Source of the DNA: Octopus vulgaris
Lineage: Eukaryota
Reading direction: 5' to 3'
Length of the DNA stretch: 64,000 nucleotides
Assembly: GCA_951406725.2 (NCBI GenBank)
Contig: OX597825.1
Span: 71,114,001 to 71,178,000 of the forward strand
Both the position numbers and the translations under genes were made by a program. A model generated the notes under the pieces. That model ran no database searches. It was not told the DNA's origin and saw only the letters and a program-made list of their open reading frames with translations. Shown piece by piece: positions 12,861-25,369 of this stretch (position 1 is its first letter; each line of letters opens with the position of its first letter).

Positions 12861-13635
12861 AGGCAAAAAACCATAAGTACAAAACTATAGGTACAAAATC
12901 ATAGATAAAGGTGCAAAACTATAAGCACAAGATATAGGCACAAAATTGTAAATTATAAATCATAAGAATGAAACTTTTGGCAAAACAACCATAAGCTCAA
13001 AACTAAAGACATAAAAACCAGTAACACAACTGTATAGGTGCAAAACCATATGACAAAATTGTAGGCACAAAATCATAAGTATAAAACTATAAGCAAAAAT
13101 TATAAACACAAATCCTTAAGCATGAAACTATAGGCAAAAACCATAAGTACAAAGCTATGGATAGGAAACTATAGACACAAAACTATGGCAAAAAATCAAA
13201 GCACAGTCACATTCACAAAAATATAAGTACAAAACTCTAGGCACAATTCTATAGGCAGAAAGCTAAAGACACAAACCTGTTGGAACAAAATATAAGCACA
13301 AATTAATAAGCAGAAAACCCGTAATTACAAAAAAATATAGGTACAAAGCCAATAAACACAAAACAATAGGCACAAAATTATAGACAAAAAGCTATGGTAC
13401 GAAGCAAAAAACACAGACATAGACACAGTTCTATATAGACTTAAAAGTATTGGTTGCTATAGTAACCACTATGCCACATGCTTCCACTATAGGCACAAAA
13501 CCATAAGCAAAAAAGCTATAGAAAAAACTATAGGTAAAATATCATAAAAGACAAAAATTTTGGCATGAACTATACACAAAATCATATGTACAAAACTATA
13601 GGCATGAACTATAGGTACAAAGCTATAAGCACAAT
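12861..13635 (+). repeat. Degenerate ~15-bp minisatellite (AAAACTATAGGCACA-like)
   Basis: Roughly 50 diverged units, strongly A-rich on +. Confidence 0.85.
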
Positions 13636-13919
13636 GAGCTGTTACTGCAACAAGAACAACATCTATGATAACATGAAATGAGTACTTCTACACAATATGT
13701 TAATCTACATGAAATAGCAGCCAAATCTCTTTTGAATCACACTGCATTGTCTTTTTAAAAGGATGGACACATTGGATAACGAAGTGCTAAACACAGTGAG
13801 TTTGGAAAAAGAAAAAAAAAAGTGTGATGGTCATGGCTAGATTGCCTTTTGTTATAGTTCTGCTTGCTCAAGGCTGACTCGAAGCTAAACAAGAATTACA
13901 ACATTGATGGATGAAATAA

Positions 13920-14220
13920 CATCAACAACAGCAGCAATAACAACACAAGCAACTACAAGACTAACCACTACTGTATCATAAACTACTACTACTACCACCA
14001 CAACCACCACCACCACCACCACCACCACCACCACTACTACTACTAGTACTACAGTATGGGCTGATGTTCATGGATGACAACCTACATTATTCTCATTGCC
14101 TTTGCGAACCATCACAGTGACCACCAGAGCTGTTGTTTGCCATAACCCATACCACCACCACCATCACCACCACCACTATCACCATCATAAATACTGCTGC
14201 TGTTGCTGCTGCTGCTGCTG

Positions 14221-14260
<40 letters not shown>

Positions 14261-14530
14261 CACCACCACCACTACTACTACTATTACTACTACTACTACT
14301 ACTACCAACAACACTACTACTACAACTACCACCAATATCATCATCATCATCACCACCACTACTACTATTACTACTATAACCACCACCACCACCACTACTA
14401 CTACCAGGACCACTACTACTACTATTACAACCACCACCACCTCCACCACCACTATCACCATCATAACTACTGCTGCTGCTGCTACTACTACTTCAACAAC
14501 TACTACTACTACCACTAAAACTACTACTAT

Positions 14531-14570
<40 letters not shown>

Positions 14571-14917
14571 GCCACTACCACCACTACCACCACCACTACC
14601 ACCACCATCATAACTACTACTACAACTACTGCTGCTGCTGCTACTACTACCACCACCACCACCACCACCACCACTGCCACCACTGCCGCCGTCGCAACCA
14701 CCAGGCTGGTTGAATCTTGGTTCCATATCTGAAATGTTGTGGCTGCTGTTGCAGTCTTGTTATAGATCCTGTTGTGGTTTCATTGTTATTGCTATTATCA
14801 TTGTTGTTGTCTCATAGTTTTCACCAGCTGATTGTTGCTTTTGTTGTTGTTGTTGTTGTTGTGACAATGGTGGAAGTGGTAGTCTATTTGTTGCTGTTGG
14901 TGGTGGTGGTGTTGGTG

Positions 14918-14952
<35 letters not shown>

Positions 14953-15155
14953 GATGGCGGTGATGGTTTGATGGTTGCTGTTGTTGTTGTTGTGACAATG
15001 GTAGCAGTGGTAGTCTATTTGTTGTTGTTGTTGTTGGTGGTGGTGGTAGTGTTGGTGGTAGTGTTGGTGGTAGCGGTGATGGTTTGATATTTGCTCTTGT
15101 TGTTGTTGTTGTGACAATGGTGGCAGTGGTAGTATATTTGTTGTTGTTGTTGTTG

Positions 15156-15187
<32 letters not shown>

Positions 15188-15485
15188 GGTGGCGGTGATG
15201 GTTTGATGGTTGCTGTTGTTGTTGTTGTTGTTGTGACAATGGTGGCAGTGGTAGTCTATTTGTTGTTGGTGGTGGTGATGGCGGTGATGGTTTGATTGTT
15301 GCTGTTGTTGTTGTTTGTGGTCAGGTCATTGGCTGTTTATCTCCTGGTCTCATTGTTGCTGCAGCCATGGTCTGATTATTGCAGCTGTTGTTGTTGCTGC
15401 CGGTGGCGGAGGTGATGGTAACAGCAGCATAGTAGAAGTGGTACTCTGATCATCATTGTTGTTGTAGTTCTTGTTGTTGTTGTTC
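13920..15485. repeat. Trinucleotide field: (CAC/TAC)n, then (GTG/GTA/GTT)n with ~120-bp higher-order units
   Basis: Four copies of GTGACAATGGTGGCAGTGGTAGTCTATTTG..GCGGTGATGGTTTGAT at ~14861, 14992, 15111, 15233. Confidence 0.9.
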
Positions 15486-16516
15486 TTATCCCACTTTATT
15501 CCAATATTTATATCAGTGGGATGTGACTTCAGGCTCTAGGTGCAACTTTACTGAAGGTAACACAACCATTGTTTAATAACTAACCATTCATGCTGAAAAT
15601 ATCAGCAGATACTTTTGTTTGTTTATTTAGTTTCATGTTGATTTTTTCTTTTTTTTGTCTTCTTTTTATTATTATATTCTGTTTTATTTCGTATTGTACA
15701 CTCATTTTGTGTTGTTGTTTTTTTGCGGTATATTTTCTTTGTTTTTTTTTTTTCACTTGTTTTCACATTTTGGTGTATATAGCTTAATGTACATCTAGGT
15801 CTTTTGGGAAGTTTCCAGATTCAGTGAGTTACAAGCCACCTACAAAGGACAAACCATCAGTAGTAGCAGCAGCAGCAGTAGTAGCAGCAGTAGTAGTAGC
15901 AGCAGTAGTAGCAGTAGGGGTAGTAGTTCAGTTACCAACCACATGGCTCCAAGTTCAGACTCACTGCAAGGCACCTTGGGCTCCTGTCTTCTACTTTAGC
16001 CCTGGGTAAACCAAAGCCTTGTGAGTGGATTTGATTGACAGAAACTGAAAGTAGCCCATCGCATGTGTGTGTGTATGTGTGTGTGTGTGTGTATGTCTTT
16101 GTGTTTGTGTTTGTGCTCTACCGCTTCATTATAACCGATGTTGGTTTGTTTACATGCCCTTAACTTAGTGATTCGGCAGAAAGAGACCAAGAGAAGAAGT
16201 ACCAGGCTTTAAAATAAGAACAGGGGTCAATTTGTTCGACTAAACCCTTCAAAGTGTTGCTCCAGCATGGCCACAGACCAATCACTGAAACAAAAGAATA
16301 AAAGAAAGAATGGTACATTATGCATTGAGGAAGATTTGGTTGCTTTGTCTAGCAGGTCATGTGCCTATGCAGAAGCTTTCAATCACTGACACAAAGCAAA
16401 ATATCTTGCTGTGTATTCTCAGGTCAGTCAAATTTGAACAAAATTATGATGAAATGTATTCCAGTCATGACCATCCTATTGAGTCTATATCTGGAACTGT
16501 ATTATTCTATATAATG

Positions 16517-16878
16517 ACAAGAGCACTCAGAGAGCACAAATCTCTGCCAAGGCAACACCAATGTCCTCTGAATAATTAACCAAAGATTTTTAAAATGAGA
16601 ATATCTGAAATAAACTCAACTGCTCTCACAAAGGAGAATACTAAAAATGGACCCGACTGCTCTAAAAAATGAAGTAAAAAAAATGGAAAAATAATTCAGA
16701 ATCTTTGTCCGGCATCAGATCGATCCCAGAATCTAATCAGTTCATGTCAGTCACGAGGCCAAACATCCCTGAAAGTTTCATCCGAATCCATCCAGCAGTT
16801 CTTGAGATATCTTGTCCACAGACAAACAAACAAACACAACTGAAAACAATACCTCTGCCTTCGCTGAGGTGGAAGTGA
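16517..16878 (+). mobile_element. Helentron/HINE-type non-autonomous element
   Basis: 5' ACAAGAGCACTCAGAGAGC..TCTCTGCCAAGG; internal (CAAA)n; 3' hairpin ACCTCTGCCT-TCGCTG-AGGTGGAAGT; inserted in the AAT tail of a SINE. Confidence 0.65.
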
Positions 16879-16879
16879 T

Positions 16880-17139
16880 AAATAATAAATGTTTCCTTCT
16901 TGAGCCATGTCAGGCTCTGGAGGGCCGGTTTCCCGGTTTCAATGGCGTATAAATTCCCTACTTGGACGGGATGCTGGTCTGTCACAGGATTATTCATTTT
17001 GGCCAGCTGAGTGGACTGGAGCAACGTGAAATGAAGTGTTTTGCACAAGAACACAACCCATTGCCGGGTCCAGGAATCGAAATCACAATCTTACAATCAT
17101 GAGTCCAACAACCTAACCACTAAACCACACGCCTCCACG
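16880..17139 (-). mobile_element. SINE family C
   Basis: 11-bp TSD TTATTCTATAT at 16502-16512 and 17140-17150 brackets the SINE plus the nested HINE. Confidence 0.85.
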
Positions 17140-17618
17140 TTATTCTATATGGTATTTATTTAAAACAGTAGACATAGAATGTGATTTGCGAGCATATTGA
17201 CTGCTATTTTTAGCTGGTTGAGTAATCATGTTTCAGTTGCCTGTTAAAGAAAATTGCCAATAAAGGAAAAGCTCGATCGTTACTCAGTGTGACTAAGGGT
17301 GCCGAAACACCCACATTGCTAGAAATAAGAGTTAAAATACTCTTCATGCTGTAGGGAGAGTGCAGATATTCATACACCCATGCTGACAGAGGAGGCAACC
17401 ACCCCATGCTGACTCAAAAATCCTCAGACTTGATGTCTAGTTTCATCCATTCCACATGTTAGGCTAATTCCACCTGTCAGCATATATGTATTTACCATAA
17501 AAATTTATATTATATAATGCATTAATATAATACATTATATAATACATTCACTGGAATTGAAAATAGTCGTCTATGTATTATTCTTAATGTACATTCACCA
17601 CTGACAGGCAAGTTACAG

Positions 17619-18016
17619 TACTCTTTTACTTGTTTCAGTCATTTGACTGAGGCCATGCTGGAGCACTGCCTTTAGTCGAGCAAATCGGCCCCAGGACTTA
17701 TTCTTTGTAAGCCTAGTACTATCGGTCTCTTTTGCCGAACTGCCAAGTTACGGGGACGTAAACACACCACCATCAGTTGTCAAGCGATGGTGGGGAGACA
17801 AACACAGGCACACAAACATATACACACACCTACATATATATATACATATATACGACAGGCTTCTTTCAGTTTCCGTCTACCAAATCCACTTACAAAGCTT
17901 TTGTCGGCTTGAGGCTATAGTAAAAGATACTTGCCCAAGATGCCACGCAGTGGGACTGAACCCGGAACCATGTGGTTGGTAAGCAAGCTACTTACCACAC
18001 AGCCACTCCTATGCCT
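17619..18016 (-). mobile_element. SINE family A
   Basis: Reverse complement of the 9073 copy. Confidence 0.9.
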
Positions 18017-18226
18017 ATGGTTTTTGTTTTTTGTTGTTTTTTTTTTATCTGTGATAAAATTTCTTATAGATGTGCTGTATTTAAAAACAAAATGTATATC
18101 AGAGGGGGATGAAAAATCTACCTGGTAACAGTGGTTCTTTGCAATACCAATAAATGTATTATTCATTCTTTCCTATATATAGGGAGACAACAAATCTCAT
18201 CTAGGCATGTGGCTATCTGCACATAC

Positions 18227-18269
18227 ACATCACTGATAAGGCCCAACAAGGCTGAAATGTATCTGGCAT
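18227..18269 (+). ncRNA. Degenerate type I hammerhead, copy 1
   Basis: ACAUCA-CUGAUAA-GGCC-CAACAA-GGCU-GAAA-UGUA-UC-UGGCAU; core G8>A. Confidence 0.55.
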
Positions 18270-18496
18270 TTTCATTAGCTGGTACCAGGACAAGTTTTGT
18301 CTTTCTCTGATATGTATTGTGTTTTGAAACATAACACTCCATTAGAGATTTTATCTCAGATGAAAAATGCAGTAAATTGTTTTGATTTTATACCACTTCA
18401 ATTGCATACATTAGATTATTTATTCATCCCAACAGCTATTCACAATATCAGTGAATGTATAATTTACTTTCTAAGCATGTGAATGGCTGTTGGTAC

Positions 18497-18539
18497 ATAT
18501 CACTAACAAGGTGCAATAAGGCTGAAATGCATATGGTAT
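18497..18539 (+). ncRNA. Degenerate type I hammerhead, copy 2
   Basis: AUAUCA-CUAACAA-GGUGCAAUAAGGCU-GAAA-UGCA-UA-UGGUAU; 6-bp stem I, palindromic AUGCAU stem III, two core mutations. Confidence 0.45.
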
Positions 18540-18949
18540 TCTCACTAGCTGCTGCTTGGATGAATTTTATTTTTTTTGTCTCCTACCAATTATATATTGC
18601 ACTTTTAAAGACAACACATCTATAAGAAATTTTATCTCAGATGAAGAGTGCAGCAACATGCCTATCAATGGCATACATGCATTAAGTATGGTACATAGCT
18701 TGATGTTTTAACTATTACAAGGTATCTGGTCTGTTATTCTGACAGTTATACTAATTCACTGGTATGGTCTGGTGCTGGTACTTTTATTTTATTGGCTCTG
18801 AAAGGATAAAAAGCTCAGCTGGCCTTGTGGGGTTTAAACTCAGAAAACAAAGAGTTGAAACAAAAGCCACAAAGTATCTTTATGTGATGTTCTAATTATT
18901 TTGCTAACTCACTGCCCAGGGTTGGCATTTTATCATGATTCCAGAGAAA

Positions 18950-19325
18950 TCTCTCAATATATAAAGCTGAAGTTGTCTGTGTATGGCAGGTTTGGTAGCC
19001 TTCAACTAACACTTTCTTCTCCGAGACCCTGCAACGCAAGTTGACCAAAATTGAGAGTATGATAGAAGAAGGCTTGCTCTTTCTTCAAATCGGACCATGT
19101 TAACACCGAAAAATTATTTACATTAAAAAGGCGCTTTTTTTCTATGGAAATCACTATTTTTTACGAATTTTTAACTGCTGTGTCGCCATTTTTCGGTGTA
19201 TTTCAACTAGAAAAATGTTCACTTAAAGAGAATAACAAGCTACATAATGCAAAATTTTTACTTTTCAAAAATTCCAATTCTAAAGGGTCGAAACAAACCC
19301 GAGCAACGCTGGGCGATACTGCTAG
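18950..19325 (+). mobile_element. Non-autonomous Helitron
   Basis: A|TC start, subterminal hairpin CCCGAGCAACGCTGGG (19298-19313), CTAG|T end, no TSD; splits an old family B SINE. Confidence 0.85.
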
Positions 19326-20324
19326 TTAAAAATAAAATCAAACTCGGTGAGATTTGAATTCAGAGAACAGAAAGCTAAATCAAACAGCACAAAGCATTTT
19401 GTCCTAAGCTTTAATGACTCAGCTATTTTGCTGCTTTAAAAACAGTGGTGAATAATTTGAGGGGTATTTGGTTACTATTTCTGGCGTATTGGTCAATCCC
19501 ATATCGTGTTGATTGACTTCTCCTTTAGGTCATATAAGGAAGTACTGTGTTTCGTAAAATGACATGCAACTTGGATCTGGTTACATGGGAATGGCAACAA
19601 CCACATAGAATAAATAATTCATGCGTGACGTGAGACAAGCCTGGCTCAAGATAATGGGATCGCTGAGGTGGAGAGAAAGAGAGAGAGAAAAAGGATGAGA
19701 GAGAGAAAGAGAAAGAGCGAAAAGTGGGGAGAGGGAGAGAGTGCATGTGTGTGTGTGAGAGAAATTGTTATTATTTAGCTACAGGTCTGCTCAGATCTTA
19801 CAAGCCTTGGAACAAAAAGACAATCCAGCTATGACCATCCAGTTTTTCAGTCAGTATAAAGCAGCAGTCCTAACCTTTGCTCCAGTTTCACGCAAGACAA
19901 TTTTTCTAGAAACCAGTGAGGAATTAGGCTCACAACAAAACACAATGAAGTGCATAATATGAAATTTAATCATTACATATGTAATACAGACCATATTTTA
20001 ACATGTATAAGGAACTCCCTAATTTTGGGGGCTTAAAGTTTGGAAAAAAGGGTTTTAAGGGATTAAAAACTCCCATATTTTTTAACCTAATTTTTGACAA
20101 AAATGGGTTCCTTATACACATTAAAATATGATATATATTACAATATATGTGGTGCTCCAGTGAAGGTGGTACTCCAACGAAGGTGGTGCTCCAGTGAAGG
20201 TGTTGACCCAGCTCTGAAGGCAGTACTCCAGACGAAGGCAGTGCACCTGACGAAAGTGGTGCCCCAGCATGGCCCCAGTCAAATGACTAAAACAAGTAAA
20301 AGAATAAAAGAATATATAATATAT

Positions 20325-20738
20325 ATAGGCGTAGGAGTGGCTGTGTGGTAAGTAGCTTGTTTACCAACCACATGGTTCCGGGTTCAGTCCCACTGCATGG
20401 CACCTTGGGCAAGTGTCTTCTACTATGGCCTCGGGTTGACCAAAGCCTTGTGAGTGGATTTGGTAGACGGAAACTGAAAGAAGCCCGTCGTATATATGTA
20501 TATATGTATGTGTGTGTATATGTTTGTGTGTCTGTGTTTGTCCCCCCAACATCGCTTGACAACCGATGCTGGTGTGTTTACATCCCCGTAACTTAGCGGT
20601 TCGGCAAAAGAGACTGATAGAATAAGTACTAGGCTTACAAAGAATAAGTCCTGGGGTCGATGTGCTCGACTAAAGGCGGTGCTCCAGCATGGCCACAGTC
20701 AAATGACTGAAACAAGTAAAAGAGTAAAAAGAGAGTAA
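20325..20738 (+). mobile_element. SINE family A
   Basis: Full-length homologue; another at 21358-21725. Confidence 0.9.
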
Positions 20739-22348
20739 TACATATACATTACATGGCCCAGTGGTTAGAGCATCATGCTCACAAACATGTGGTAGTGAGT
20801 TCGATTCCTAGACTGGGCTGTGTGTTGCATTCTTGAACAAGTCACCCTATTTCACATTGCTCCACTGTCCAATGACTTTCAAACAAGTAAAAGAATTTCA
20901 TCCTTCCAAATGTGGTATCGAGGACTACATAATCCAATATATCATCTCCTTTCCCAAAACAGTAAGGGGTAATTAAAGGAGGATTAAGCTGCTATTTAGG
21001 GTGACAAACTGTCTGAGCCATTAGGGTTTTGGATAAAGTATCTGACTGCATTCGTTCCAGTTCCCTGCTCTCTGATTTCAAATCATGCTGAGGTGAACTT
21101 TGCCTTTCGTCTCTTCAGTGTCATGCAGCCATATAGTCTCCTATATTATTGCATTGGTTTTGTGGTGGTTGTCGTGACAGTGGTATGAGGTGAGGGAGCG
21201 TTGAGAGGAGGAGCTGCTGCTGCTATTTATGATGGGTGTAATGATCTCCCCCACAATCCCCACATGTGTATTTATGTATGTATGTCATTGTCATTTAACA
21301 TGATTTTTTCCATGCAAGCATGGATTGTGTGTGTGTGTGTGTGTGTGTATCATCATCAGTGGCTGTGTGGTAAGTAGATTGCTTACCAGCCACATGGTTC
21401 TGGGTTCAGTCCCACTATGTGGCACCTTGGGCAAGTGTCTTCTACAATGACCTCGGGCCGATCAATGCCTTGTGGGTGGATTAGGTAGACGGAAACTCAA
21501 AGAAGCCTGTCGTATATATGTATATATGTGTAAAAGTTTGTGTGTGTATATGTTTGTGTGTCTGTGTTTGTCCCCCCAAGATTGCTTGACAACCGATGCT
21601 GGTGTGTTTACGTCCCCTTAACTTAGCAGTTCAGCAAAAGAGACTGATAGAATAAGTACTAGGCTTACAAAGAATAAGTCAAATGACTGAAACAAGTAAA
21701 AGAGTAAAACAAGAGAGTAAAAGAGTCGTTTAGCGCCCTCTTTCCATGCTGGCATGGATTGGATGGTTTGACTTGGAGCTGGCTAACAGGAAGCTGCCCA
21801 GACTCCAACTGTCAGATGTGGCATGGTTTTTTTTACAGCAGGATGCCCTTCCTGACACCAACCATTTAGGAAGGGCATCCAGCCATGTATTTATGCATGT
21901 GAGTGTATGTGTTTGTATGCATGCATGTGTGTGTGTGTGTGTGTGTGTGTGCACGTGAGTCTGTGCACTCAGGATATGACTTAGAACTACATCTGATCAT
22001 GGGCCCTGGTTTGGAAATTCCAGGCTTTTGAGAGATGTGGAACCACTTCTTATCTACAGTTTTTCCTAGGGCTACACTGACCTAGAGACAGTCGCACCTA
22101 TTAGCATCCAAACCATGGGCCAATTAGTGTATGCTACCAGAGCTCTGAGTTTCAGAAATACTTTTGGTTGGAATCAGGGCTCACAGTAAAACCACGTAAA
22201 GAATGAGGGTCACCTTACTGTTGTCACAGCATCCTTTTGGGAGAGAGACATTCTGATGTAAAACCTGCAATTTCATGTGATTACTGGTCATCTTACTCCG
22301 GCCTAAAGTAGTACTCATGTTGGGGTTGAACCTCTAACCATGCTTTTA

Positions 22349-22567
22349 CTCTTTAGCATTTAGATTACCATACCAAATGTAGTGATTATTAATTGATATT
22401 GCTTTGCATTAAACATGCATGATTCATAGCTTTGAGATGTCAGTGATTTAATTGCTTAGTTTTAGAATGACATTGCAGGGTAGGTGTGAGAGGCTGGATC
22501 TGGGTGGCTTGAACATAAAACAGGTAGAATATTCTGACTGGAAACGGTCAGTTTAAATGCTAAAGTG
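22349..22567. mobile_element. Second piggyBac-type MITE
   Basis: TIR CTCTTTAGCATTTA / TAAATGCTAAAGTG, flanked by TTTA and TTAA; partial inverted copy at ~6845-6978. Confidence 0.75.
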
Positions 22568-22677
22568 TTAAAGGTACTATATAAATATATCCACAGTAAG
22601 TTGATATATACAGATGTACATACATACATACATACATACATAAATACATACATACATACATACATACATACATACAT

Positions 22678-22708
<31 letters not shown>

Positions 22709-22854
22709 TATATATATATTTATGAAGGGCATCAAGCTGTAGAAACTCTGCCAGATCAAGATTGGAGCCTGGTGCAACCATCTGGTTCGCCAGTCCTCAG
22801 TCAAATCGTCCAACCCATGCTAGCATGGAAAGCGGACATTAAACGATGATGATG

Positions 22855-22906
<52 letters not shown>

Positions 22907-23507
22907 CACACACACACATATATACATATTCATATATACATACCAAGAACTTACATTTTATTATTCTACTATGTGTATATATATATGTATATATATATAT
23001 ATACATACCAAGAACTTACTTTTTATTATTCTTCTATATATATATATAGTAGAATAATAAAAAAAAGGTAGTTATGTATGTATGTATGCCTTTTAGTAAG
23101 AGGTCAGCTTCTAGAAGTTATCTGAAACCACGTTGGTTAGAACAGAGGTGGAAGTAATATAATAGCTATTTTTTTTCCTTTCTGTTTATTTCTTGTAACT
23201 CAATCAATACTTAGCAAAACTGTTGATGTAATGCATTGCAACATAAAAGTTCCTTCTAAAGTATGGGGTGGAGGAAGTTTTACAGGTGAGATCTTTTGTC
23301 TAGCTCCTTGGAGCCAAGCAAGGAACAGGTGCTTGTGTGTGACTGTGTCTATGTGTGTATCAGTGTGTGCACATGTTTGTATGTATATGTGTATGTATGT
23401 ATGTGTGTGTATGTATGTATGTATGTATGTATGTATGTATGTATGTATGTATGTATGTACATGTATGTGTATGTATGTATGTGTCTGTGTTTGTATGTAT
23501 GTGTCTG

Positions 23508-23539
<32 letters not shown>

Positions 23540-23772
23540 TGTGTGTGTGTGTGTGTGTGTATGTATGTACGTATGTATGTATGTATTAGATCACATGCCT
23601 TGTGATTTGTGATAGCCATTTGATCTATGGTAGGCACACGGTTCAATTCCAAGGAGTGGTTTTGTCCACTTTCTCCCCATCTCATATTTCATAAACTATT
23701 ATGTATTTACAGCTTTATTTGTACTTCTGCTCCAGCAGAAAAATAACCCCCAAAAAAACGAAGGCACACACA

Positions 23773-25369
23773 CAAGGGATGTTCGTTAAAGGTTTCTATT
23801 GACCCACTTCCTAAGGACTGCGATAAATGAAACTTGGCATAATTATTAGTCCTTCTCTACATAGCCACCTACAATGGTGACACACTTTTCCCATTGCTTT
23901 ATGCAGCTGTGAAGATTTCATCTCTAGAAGTCGGTAGGTTGTGCCTGGAGCCAAGACTATACCTCGGAAATAAGTTCATCATCATCCAAAAAGTGCTTCC
24001 ACTTCAAAAAAGACTTCATGGTTGGAAAGAGGTGGAAGTCAGATGATGTGAGGTCAGGAGAGTAAGGGGGATAAAGAAGGATTTAATAGCCACAGGAGTG
24101 CACTTTCATCTGAGAAAAATGTGCATTGTGAACTGGGGCGTTGTCTTGGAGGAGGTGGACTCATTTAGTCAGCATGTCATGCCTCTCTATTTTGATGGCA
24201 TCCTGCAATTTCTGCAGCAGAGAAACATAATATGCCCCATTAATTGTGGTGCCCTTTACTAGAAAATCCACCATCACTACTCTGTGCTGGTCCCAAAAGA
24301 TTGTGAGCATCACCTTGTTTGTTTGTTTGTTTGTTCCTTCTCGAGCCATTCCCGGCTCATAAGGGCCAATTTCCCAGTTTCCTTGGCATATAGGTTCCCC
24401 ACCTGGACGGGACGCTGGTCTGTCACAGGTGAGCTGTGAGATGCAGGAGGAAAGAGTGAAAGAAAGTTGTGGCGAAAGAGTCAGCAGAAGTTTCACCATT
24501 ACCTTCTGCCGGAACTGCATGGAGATTAGGTGTTTTACTCATAAACACACACATCGCCCAGTCTGATATTTGAACCTGCGATTCCTCGACCACGAATCTG
24601 ATGTTCTAATCACTAAGCTATGTGCCTCCACATCACCTTGCCCTCTTTGGAGGTGGTGAATTATTATGCTTCCATTGCTTCAACTGGACTTTAGTCTCAG
24701 GATTATACTGATGGACCCATATTTCATCTTGTGTGATAAGTCTGCTGAAAAAGTATGTCTTGTTTTTTTGGCACATTGCCAAAAGAGTCTGGAAGCAAAT
24801 GACTCGTTTCTGCTTCTGGAAAGATGAGAACATCCAAGGGATCCACCGTGCAGACAATTTCCACATGTGCAAATGGTCGTGAATGACTTTTTTCCACAGA
24901 CCCTACACTTATCTTCATTTCTTTGGGCTAGTGGCCAAATAGTTATGAGGTAATCCTCCAAAATGGTGGCTTCCACTTTATGGATGCTGTCATCATCAAT
25001 GGCAAAATGTGGTTATCCAGGAATAGGAGTAGTTTCCACCGATGTCCAGATACATTTGAACTGGCGATGCCAGTGCTTGACTGTGTCATATGATAGTGCA
25101 TCATCACCATGACCTTCTTTCATCTAATTGAAAGTCTCTTTTGGTGTACAACTTTTCAAGTATAAGAACCTGATCACTGATCGGCATTCAACTGCCTCCA
25201 TTATAACACTGTAGTTCACTTCAGCAGCCATAAAAGCCAAATGAATTCTTATGAAATGCTGCGATTTACATTGTGACATGTAGAGACATGTATGATTATA
25301 TTTGTACAAATTCCATTTCCTGCAATAACTAGAAGTGGGTCAGGGGAAATCTTTAATGAATACCCCTTG
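23773..25369 (-). pseudogene. Full-length mariner (DD34D-type) relic
   Basis: ~38-bp TIRs (CAAGGGATGTTCGTTAAAGGTTTC..TGACCCACTTC and its complement at 25332-25369); motifs ARWIP, ITQDEIWVHQYNPE, VMLTIFWD, LQDNAPVH, PYSPDL..SDFHLF; ~1274 bp after removing the nested SINE. Confidence 0.92.
24318..24630 (-). mobile_element. SINE family C-related, nested in mariner
   Basis: 10-bp TSD CATCACCTTG at 24308-24317 and 24631-24640; relatives at 25480-25790, 29575-29908, 38935-39238. Confidence 0.88.

Larger units (their letters stand above)
18046..18655 (+). mobile_element. Tandem hammerhead-bearing repeat with inverted partial copy (Penelope pLTR / retrozyme-like)
   Basis: Units ~18200-18373 and ~18471-18655; 18046-18131 is the reverse complement of their 3' halves. 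Confidence 0.6.

Noticed and set aside
14093-14732. 199-202 aa poly-Thr/poly-Val ORFs (mucin-like)
   Set aside because: Pure trinucleotide repeat with no domain or credible splice context
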